This document shows, piece by piece, positions 8,370-14,075 of a DNA stretch of 14,075 bases. Location of the stretch: the NCBI GenBank assembly GCA_964508365.1, contig CAZDTP010000051.1, forward strand, positions 1 through 14,075, given 5' to 3'. The position numbers and the translations under genes were made by a program. Numbering within the stretch: position 1 is the stretch's first letter; each line of letters opens with the position of its first letter. The notes beneath the pieces were generated by a model that was given only the letters and a program-made list of their open reading frames with translations, made no database searches and was not told where the DNA came from. This stretch comes from an uncultured archaeon (GTDB taxonomy: Archaea > Asgardarchaeota > Lokiarchaeia > Sigyniarchaeales > SOKP01).

Positions 8370-8796
8370 AAAAGTTGTTTTTGATGGAGGTGCCATGATT
8401 GAGTTATTATTATCCGGAGATAAATCTGAATTATACAAGAATATCGCTGATGAAAAAATAATTCCTTCAACTACTACTCTAGCAATTATAGAAACGGATT
8501 ATATTTTATGTAGGAAGTTAGGGAGAGATAAAGCTTTTAAAAAAACAGATAATTTATTAAGTTCAAATTATTTTGAAGTATTCTCTTTAGATTCTTTTTT
8601 GAGAGATATAAGTACGTTAAAATGCTTTAATCCAATAGCACTTCCAGATTGTGCTACAATTGCTCTAGCAATAAAAAATAATATTCCTGCCTTATTTGCT
8701 CGAAAAGAAAGTGAATTAATTGCACAATTAGATGAAAAAAAATTCGAAACAGAAATATATTTTTTAGAAGATTTATTAGACTATTCCAAAATCTAA
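8353..8796 (+). CDS. vapC: PIN-domain ribonuclease toxin (VapC)
   Basis: 147 aa with PIN acidic motifs VVFDGG, AIIETDY and IALPDCATIALA, and coupled to a small upstream antitoxin. Confidence 0.85.
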   Translation: MIFPFKKVVFDGGAMIELLLSGDKSELYKNIADEKIIPSTTTLAIIETDYILCRKLGRDKAFKKTDNLLSSNYFEVFSLDSFLRDISTLKCFNPIALPDCATIALAIKNNIPALFARKESELIAQLDEKKFETEIYFLEDLLDYSKI

Positions 8797-8826
8797 TTTA
8801 ACTAATCTTGTGATATTTTTCAATCG

Positions 8827-8950
8827 AGATTATTGGTTCAAATTTAGGGGTTAATCTTTGCTTACTTCTTACCCAGTCTAATTCTTTTTTAATATTAAGT
8901 TTAATAAATTTCTTCTCATAAATTTAGTATTTTTAAGTTTTCTAATTTTT
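8827..8950 (-). pseudogene. Remnant of a second methyltransferase-TPR gene (C-terminal ~40 codons only)
   Basis: The minus frame reads IRKLKNTKFMRRNLLNLILKKNLDWVRSKQRLTPKFEPIS and aligns without gaps to the last 40 aa of 9879..11195 (LRLIKITNVKNKQDLKSQIQDEFNWIKKRKGNKPKFDPIM), 10/40 identical including W and PKF(D/E)PI. An adjacent frame gives IKKEF against IQDEF. Confidence 0.6.
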
Positions 8951-9559
8951 TTAAAAAAAACCAAATGGAAAAATTAGGTAGCTAATTATCCAAATTAATA
9001 TAATAGTTATTTCTATATAGAAAAAACTTTTTCTTGACTCTATTAACGATATAATACTTCCTAATACAACTAAGAAGATACCAATATTTATTCCAAAATT
9101 ACCGAAACCTGCTAATCGGTAACTCCAAAAAGGAGCGTGAGACCATAAAGCGGGTTCTAAATCTGGCATGACAGAAAAAGCGTATTCTATTAATCTTACA
9201 GTTAGAGTCATTGAGAGATAAATTAAAACAATAAAAATGAAAATTAATTCACCATATAATTTCTTTTTTAAATCATTTAAACCAAACTCTATGGAAAGTA
9301 TTAGTATCAAAGTCGCAAAGATAATCATAGTTGTAGATAGGATTATATTTAGCATAAGAGGTATCTTGAGAGAAAAAATTTGTTCTTGTTCTTGATAAAT
9401 TCCCCAATACCACACATTGGATTGACTTGAGATGGATATTCCTTCCAATCCCTTAGAAATTGCAAATGGCGTGAAAAGCGAGATTATTATTAGAATTGCC
9501 CCTAACATGGGTAATATTGCTATTTTATTCCTTACAATCGTCTTTATTTCCTCAATCAT
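8951..9559 (-). CDS. Multi-pass membrane protein, hypothetical (last gene of the rSAM operon)
   Basis: 202 aa with about five hydrophobic helices and an N-terminal LIIISLFTPF...WYWGIY. Starts 18 nt after the upstream peptide gene. Confidence 0.75.
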   Translation of the reverse strand: MIEEIKTIVRNKIAILPMLGAILIIISLFTPFAISKGLEGISISSQSNVWYWGIYQEQEQIFSLKIPLMLNIILSTTMIIFATLILILSIEFGLNDLKKKLYGELIFIFIVLIYLSMTLTVRLIEYAFSVMPDLEPALWSHAPFWSYRLAGFGNFGINIGIFLVVLGSIISLIESRKSFFYIEITIILIWIISYLIFPFGFF

Positions 9560-9577
9560 ATTTTCACATAAATCTCT

Positions 9578-9847
9578 CTAAATAACTTGAATTTTATTTT
9601 TAAAATCTTTAAGTTTTACAGTCGAGTACAACGTTCCTGAGGGGTAAACATTTTCATTTATTTTTCCAGTTATAAAAATTAATGAGTTAAACCATCCAAT
9701 TATAATTAGGAACATGACGATAATTAGCAGTAATCTCCAATAGTAAGCATTTTTACTATTATCAAAAATCATTATCTGAGTTATCTCTTTTTTAGTTAAT
9801 CCTAATTCTTTTCCTACTTCATAAAATTTTTTTATATCAGCACTCAT
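9578..9847 (-). CDS. Small single-TM protein, paralog 3 (candidate precursor/substrate of the rSAM-SPASM enzyme)
   Basis: 89 aa with VGKELGLTKKEI...FDNSK, one TM helix and VYPSGTLYSTVKLKDF. Purine-rich GAGGGAAG upstream. Homologous to 11192..11449 and 11487..11744. Confidence 0.8.
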   Translation of the reverse strand: MSADIKKFYEVGKELGLTKKEITQIMIFDNSKNAYYWRLLLIIVMFLIIIGWFNSLIFITGKINENVYPSGTLYSTVKLKDFKNKIQVI

Positions 9848-9878
9848 ATTTCTTCCCTCAAATTAAATATCATATTTA

Positions 9879-11195
9879 TTACATTATCGGATCGAACTTA
9901 GGTTTATTTCCCTTCCTTTTTTTAATCCAATTGAATTCGTCCTGGATTTGCGATTTTAAATCTTGTTTATTTTTAACATTGGTTATCTTTATTAGACGCA
10001 ACGTCTTCTTATAAACTTTTTCCGATTGATTGTATGATTTTAGCCTTGCTAATGTTCTACTTAAATTCCAGAAAAATAAATAATTATCTCGATTTATTTT
10101 AATTGCTCTTAAAAATAAATTATGAGCATGAGTATAATTTTTTTGATGAAATGATTTAATTCCGAGATAAAAAAGGTTTAAAGCTTTTCTCTCAATTAAA
10201 GCGACTGAGAATATATTATTACTTAAATCTTTAGAGGTTTTCTGCAGATTTTTAAGTTTCTCTAGATAACTTTCTTGATTTTCCTTGGAATCTAGAAGGT
10301 TTTCTATTAATTTCCTAGCAAACGATTCTACTGAAAAAAAGACAATTCTTTGCGTTCCGGGATTTGTAGCACCTTCAGTTATAGAATTAAAAAGTATATT
10401 AACAATATTATGTTCTATTAAAAGTTCTGCTATTTCTTTAATTTTTAAATTTTCTGCCTGAGGGATATAATTCTCATTTTCTATAACTTTTAATAACATT
10501 TTTACGATTTTAGGCCATTTAAACAACAATTCGATAAATAGTTCCTTAATTAACTCTTTTTTTTGAGTTTTTTTTAACTCAAGTAGCTTTGACGCTATGA
10601 ATGTTACTAAATCTTCTTGCTCTTTAATTAGGAAGGAATCGGCAAAATCAATTTGATTGCTTAAAAGTAACTCCTTACGGAGTTTAGAAATAACTTGAAA
10701 TACTTCAAATACATCACTATTCCCGCTTTTAAAGCATTTAAACTTAACTGAGGGAATAGACTCATCGTTGTAAAAACTCGAGGTTATTATATTATCGAAT
10801 CCTGTATTTTCCAATAGTTCGATTAAGAGGAACGGGGGAAAACATAATTTATGCTGTAAACCTTTATGAGGTATTCCAAAAAACCATCCCAATATTTCTT
10901 TTTTCTGTTCTCCGTTTGCTTTTAAATACTGCTGACAAGTTTTCTCGAGATCAGGAGTTTCAAGGATTAATTTCCCATTAGGTTCTAACACTCTAAAAAA
11001 TTCACTAAGTGCATAAATAGTTTCAAAAAAACTTAAGTGTTCAATTACATGAATCGCTTTAATTTCATCGCAAGTATTGTCATCAAATTCAAGGTTAAAA
11101 GCTGACATCAGTCTATCAGCCACTAAATCTTCATACAAATCAATATTACAATAATCGGGATCGTATTTTTTTCCGCAACCAATATTAAGTCTCAT
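9879..11195 (-). CDS. Class I SAM-dependent methyltransferase fused to a C-terminal TPR region
   Basis: Motif I RLNIGCG, acidic NID, HVIEHL and RVLEPNGKLILETPD (Methyltransf_11-like). C-terminal TPR-like repeats LFYLGIKSFHQKNYTHAHNLFLRAIKIN and FFWNLSRTLARLKSYNQSEKVYKKTL. ATGA overlap with the upstream peptide gene. Confidence 0.85.
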   Translation of the reverse strand: MRLNIGCGKKYDPDYCNIDLYEDLVADRLMSAFNLEFDDNTCDEIKAIHVIEHLSFFETIYALSEFFRVLEPNGKLILETPDLEKTCQQYLKANGEQKKEILGWFFGIPHKGLQHKLCFPPFLLIELLENTGFDNIITSSFYNDESIPSVKFKCFKSGNSDVFEVFQVISKLRKELLLSNQIDFADSFLIKEQEDLVTFIASKLLELKKTQKKELIKELFIELLFKWPKIVKMLLKVIENENYIPQAENLKIKEIAELLIEHNIVNILFNSITEGATNPGTQRIVFFSVESFARKLIENLLDSKENQESYLEKLKNLQKTSKDLSNNIFSVALIERKALNLFYLGIKSFHQKNYTHAHNLFLRAIKINRDNYLFFWNLSRTLARLKSYNQSEKVYKKTLRLIKITNVKNKQDLKSQIQDEFNWIKKRKGNKPKFDPIM

Positions 11196-11449
11196 TTTTT
11201 TTTATCAAAGTCTTTTATTTTTATAGTAGAATAGAAAGTACCTGATGCATACGTATTTCTAGAGGCTTCTATTGCTTCTATTCCTAATATTATTATTATG
11301 ATCCCAAAAAAAATAAATGATATTATCAACAGGCTTATGTATAATAAAGTATGTTTACTATTGTCAAATATTAGTACTTTATTCATTTCTTTCCTACTTA
11401 GTCCCAACTCTTTACCGATTTTAAAGAGCTGAATTATATCTTTCATCAT
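11192..11449 (-). CDS. Small single-TM protein, paralog 2 (candidate precursor/substrate)
   Basis: 85 aa with IGKELGLSRKEM...FDNSK, one TM helix and TYASGTFYSTIKIKDF. GAAGGGAG upstream. Confidence 0.8.
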   Translation of the reverse strand: MMKDIIQLFKIGKELGLSRKEMNKVLIFDNSKHTLLYISLLIISFIFFGIIIIILGIEAIEASRNTYASGTFYSTIKIKDFDKKK

Positions 11450-11486
11450 TTTCTAAATACTCCCTTCTTATTTGAATTTTATACCT

Positions 11487-11744
11487 TCAATTTTTAGCTT
11501 TAAAATCCTTTATTTTTACAGTAGAATATAATGTTCCCGCCGGATAAATATGTCTTGAGGCCTCAATTCCTATAATAATAATGAAAACGCTCACAAATAT
11601 AGACATAATTATCAATAGGATTTTGAATAATAATGGATATCTACTATCGTCAAATAAAAAGACTTTATTTATTTCTTTTTTACTTAATCCTAACTCTTTT
11701 CCGATTTTAATCAATTGAAAAAAATTTGCTACCATTTTTAGCAT
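11487..11744 (-). CDS. Small single-TM protein, paralog 1 (candidate precursor/substrate)
   Basis: 85 aa with IGKELGLSKKEI...FDDSR, one TM helix and IYPAGTLYSTVKIKDF. Starts 25 nt after the rSAM stop. Confidence 0.8.
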   Translation of the reverse strand: MLKMVANFFQLIKIGKELGLSKKEINKVFLFDDSRYPLLFKILLIIMSIFVSVFIIIIGIEASRHIYPAGTLYSTVKIKDFKAKN

Positions 11745-11769
11745 CCATCCATTAAATTTTATAATCAGA

Positions 11770-12873
11770 TTATTTGAATATTAAGTTATGATACATATTT
11801 TTTAATATTGAAACTGTTGAATCAAATTTCCCTTTAATTGGTAATTGTTTCGATGAAAACATTTTATTTTCGATTGCTCTTAGGCAATAAGGCTCATCAA
11901 ATTCTTTTAATGCATAAGCAGTTCCCATACATCCTCCCCGACATATATTTGCCAAATCGCAATCTACGCAATAACCTCTTAATTGTTTTTGTTTTAACCT
12001 TAATTTTTCCAGAATCGTTTTCAAACTCTGCGTTCTAATATTTCCTTCGATAAATCCATCTGGGAGCGTTAAACATCCTTTAATATTTCCATTACTCTGA
12101 ATACCTAAAACTGATATTCCCGCTTGGCATCCCACCCATGGATCCAACCCTAAATTTGGTATGAACCTTGAAAAATAGCCGAAACAATGGGCACCAATAA
12201 CTGGCAATCTTTTATAAGAATATTTTTTAACATTTATAGCAATGAATAATGCTACAGTGTAAAATTCTTCCCTCGAAATCGTTAATTCTCTTGGAAAGCG
12301 TCCGATAGGGATTGCTATCTGAATTTGCCAAGCAATATTTCGATCTAATAATATGTTCTTTATCTTATCTAACTCATTTAAATTAGTTTTACTTACTGCT
12401 GTAATAACACTGACAGGCATTTTTTCTTCTTTTAATCGGTTAATCGCATTTAGTGTTTTTTCAAATGCTCCCGGAATGCCTCTAAGATAATCGTGGACTT
12501 TAGCCGACCCCCCATCCAAACTTAGTGATACGCAATCAACTTTTAGGCTTTTTAATTTTTGAATGTTATCAATTAAGGTTAAGCCATTTGTAACAATTGA
12601 TAATTCTAGCTTATTCTTTTTAATTTCTCTCGCAATTTCATACCAATCGTCTCTAATTAATGGTTCTCCTCCCATTAAAGCAACTCCTTTATAACCACAA
12701 TCATGGATTTCCCTAACTAATTTTAAAGATTCTTCAGTATTCAGTTCATCAAGACGGCTTTTTCCTGCTTTTGATCCACAATGAATGCAATTACTATTAC
12801 ATTTTAGTGTAATTTCCCATACAGCGCAAGAGGGTTTAATTCTTTGAGATATTAGAGAAGTAATGCTTGGCAT
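11770..12873 (-). CDS. Radical SAM protein with SPASM domain (peptide-maturase-like)
   Basis: CNSNCIHC (CxxxCxxC), GGEPL and VTNG. Complete seven-Cys SPASM pattern C-x12-G-x4-C (CQAG...GNIKGC), C-x2-C-x5-C-x3-C (CVDCDLANICRGGC) and a final EPYC. No N-terminal RRE domain. Confidence 0.92.
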   Translation of the reverse strand: MPSITSLISQRIKPSCAVWEITLKCNSNCIHCGSKAGKSRLDELNTEESLKLVREIHDCGYKGVALMGGEPLIRDDWYEIAREIKKNKLELSIVTNGLTLIDNIQKLKSLKVDCVSLSLDGGSAKVHDYLRGIPGAFEKTLNAINRLKEEKMPVSVITAVSKTNLNELDKIKNILLDRNIAWQIQIAIPIGRFPRELTISREEFYTVALFIAINVKKYSYKRLPVIGAHCFGYFSRFIPNLGLDPWVGCQAGISVLGIQSNGNIKGCLTLPDGFIEGNIRTQSLKTILEKLRLKQKQLRGYCVDCDLANICRGGCMGTAYALKEFDEPYCLRAIENKMFSSKQLPIKGKFDSTVSILKNMYHNLIFK

Positions 12874-13103
12874 ATTTTTAATTTGGATTCAATTTATTGA
12901 ATTACATATTATTATATAAATTATTAAATGTTCCCATCGAAAATAGATGTCTATTGAAAAATTGCTTTATGACATTAGGATTACAAAATAAGAGAAAATA
13001 ATGCTTTTAAAGCTTTAAGGTGCACTTTTCTAACAATTTAAAGATTGAATATTATCCGAGTTAGAGCAATTAAAATTCTGTCATTAAGTTTGGTGTGGAT
13101 TAT

Positions 13104-13204
13104 ACTAAGCGAATGAAACTCGTATCTTGGGATAACCAAATTTCAAGAGATTTGAAGCACCAGATTCTAGAAAGAGGAATTTCTTTAGTTTAGCATTAGG
13201 TCGT
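13104..13204 (+). pseudogene. Direct repeat copy 2: orphan 3' fragment of a radB-like gene
   Basis: Translates TKRMKLVSWDNQISRDLKHQILERGISLV* against the radB end TKQMKLLSRDKQITSELKYEILERGISLV* (20/29 aa identical, same TAG). An in-frame TAA at 13071 and no upstream gene body. Confidence 0.85.
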
Positions 13205-13274
13205 TATATAAAGCAAAAATTTTGTGTTCCTAATTTTCCTTTTCCTTTAAATAGCTCTGTTTTATAAGTATTAC

Positions 13275-13655
13275 ATGATCAACGCTCCCGATTCAAAAAT
13301 TTCTAATCAGATAAAATGTTCCATTTGCCGCGCCGACATTAAAGATCGACACACATTGTATCAATCGAGCATAAAAATGGGAGTAATCTGTAAGCATTGC
13401 CGAGAACGATTCTCTAAAGAAGATATCGAGATGATCATGAACATGTTTTTTGCGTTTGGTGGATATTTCGGACAGTTCGATAAATCTGAGTTTTCTTTAG
13501 ACGATTTAATTGCAGAATTCGCGGAGCAGTTAGATGCAGGCAATTCAACCTTTCATATACAAAATGTGAAGATGTGGCACAAAATTTTAACCCACGGCAT
13601 CGCTCCTAAAGAGTTTTTAAAAGAACTTTCCACATACGTTGATCAAGCTTTTTAG
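13275..13655 (+). CDS. Small zinc-finger protein (CxxC-x20-CxxC plus helical domain), hypothetical
   Basis: CSIC...CKHC in a 126 aa ORF with host-like codon style. A TTTAAATA element lies 22-29 nt upstream. Confidence 0.7.
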   Translation: MINAPDSKISNQIKCSICRADIKDRHTLYQSSIKMGVICKHCRERFSKEDIEMIMNMFFAFGGYFGQFDKSEFSLDDLIAEFAEQLDAGNSTFHIQNVKMWHKILTHGIAPKEFLKELSTYVDQAF

Positions 13656-13763
13656 AGAAAGGAAGAATCATAATTGATCTCATAATGTTTATATTGATTT
13701 CAATCTCAATTTTATATAAGTAAAATTAAATTATAATTCTCTAATGCTTCTCATTTTTGTTTA

Positions 13764-13777
13764 GAAAAAGTATATAA
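13764..13777 (+). promoter_or_regulatory. Putative BRE/TATA (GAAAAAG-TATATAA) for the ORF at 13798
   Basis: A purine-rich BRE directly precedes TATATAA, located 21-27 nt upstream of ATG 13798, as expected for a leaderless archaeal transcript. Confidence 0.5.
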
Positions 13778-13797
13778 TTAAAGTAAAGAAAATCAAA

Positions 13798-14075
13798 ATG
13801 TCAGATGAAGAACTCAAGGATCAAATTAATAAAATAGCAGTAGAAATTGAGAAAATTGAACAGACAGCGAAACAAAAAGAAAAATATATTACAAATAAGT
13901 GCAATGAGGAATTTGATTCTAAAATCATTGGACTTGGAGAAAAGTTACTTCATCAACAGACTATATTAAATGAACTCCTCAAAAAAATTAATGAATTAAC
14001 AACAAAAAAGAAAGAACTACTTTCTATTACTAAGAATTTGGAATCAGAATATAATTCTTTAATAAAAGAGAAGGA
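13798..14075 (+). CDS. Coiled-coil protein, partial (runs off the window)
   Basis: Not in the ORF track. MSDEELKDQINKIAVEIEKIEQTAKQKEKY...LNELLKKINELTTKKKELLSITKNLESEYNSLIKEK is open to the window edge with heptad-like L/I/E/K periodicity. Confidence 0.7.
   Translation, partial: MSDEELKDQINKIAVEIEKIEQTAKQKEKYITNKCNEEFDSKIIGLGEKLLHQQTILNELLKKINELTTKKKELLSITKNLESEYNSLIKEK

Larger units (their letters stand above)
5487..13204. mobile_element. Putative integrated island bounded by the duplicated radB 3' end
   Basis: Supported by the flanking direct repeat, a TA module, gene remnants and an AT-richer, CG-poorer interior (mainly 7540-13100). No integrase or transposase is seen, and the ABC genes look compositionally host-like. 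Confidence 0.4.

Noticed and set aside
9250-9275. LYG in the 202 aa membrane protein as a splicease XYG site
   Set aside because: A single tripeptide next to a TM helix, with no other support.
9578-11744. Small proteins as type IV pilins/archaellins, HTH regulators or death-domain fragments
   Set aside because: There is no class III signal peptide (the hydrophobic helix starts ~35 residues in). The GKELGLSxxE similarity to HTH or death-domain helices is too short to support a fold.
11838-12038. 66 aa plus-strand ORF
   Set aside because: Antisense to the SPASM domain of the rSAM gene.
10096-13077. 14-bp inverted match AGAGCAATTAAAAT (RAIKI) between the TPR region and ~13063
   Set aside because: Expected by chance in such AT-rich sequence, and the flanking similarity does not hold.
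4597-13513. Exact 17-bp repeat TTAGACGATTTAATTGC at 4597-4613 and 13497-13513, encoding LDDLIA in both proteins
   Set aside because: Flanks are unrelated, the offset (8900) differs from the radB repeat (7718), and a single match of this length in AT-rich coding DNA is plausible by chance.
13361-13543. 60 aa minus-strand ORF
   Set aside because: Antisense to the Zn-finger gene.
1-14075. CRISPR array, tRNA/rRNA, integrase or transposase
   Set aside because: I found no regularly spaced repeats, no cloverleaf or GC-rich structured RNA, and no recombinase motifs.

Overview
AT-rich archaeal window. The gene set (a divergent TFB paralog, a RadA paralog, a secreted prenyltransferase-repeat protein, a PIN toxin and archaeal BRE/TATA-like promoters) suggests an Asgard/Lokiarchaeia-type genome; this is an inference. 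The left part (1-5475) holds a partial secreted PFTB/(alpha/alpha)-toroid repeat protein, a divergent TFB with a C-terminal extension, and a divergently transcribed M50-like protease / small membrane protein / RadB-like ATPase operon. The last 29 codons of the RadB-like gene plus 11 nt downstream recur 7718 bp later (13104-13204) as an orphan, codon-diverged fragment. The ~7.7 kb between the two copies looks like an island. It contains an ABC-2 exporter, a vapBC pair, two apparent gene remnants and a six-gene minus-strand operon. That operon is the main find: a radical SAM/SPASM enzyme, three paralogous 85-89 aa single-TM proteins with a conserved N-terminal (I/V)GKELGL(S/T)xKE segment and a conserved C-terminal Y(P/A)xGT(L/F)YST(V/I)K(I/L)KDF motif, a methyltransferase-TPR fusion and a membrane protein. 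It is a candidate undescribed archaeal RiPP or protein-modification system acting on membrane-anchored precursors. A Zn-finger protein and a partial coiled-coil ORF close the window. I saw no RNA genes, CRISPR arrays or integrase. All family assignments are from motif recognition by eye; no database searches were run.
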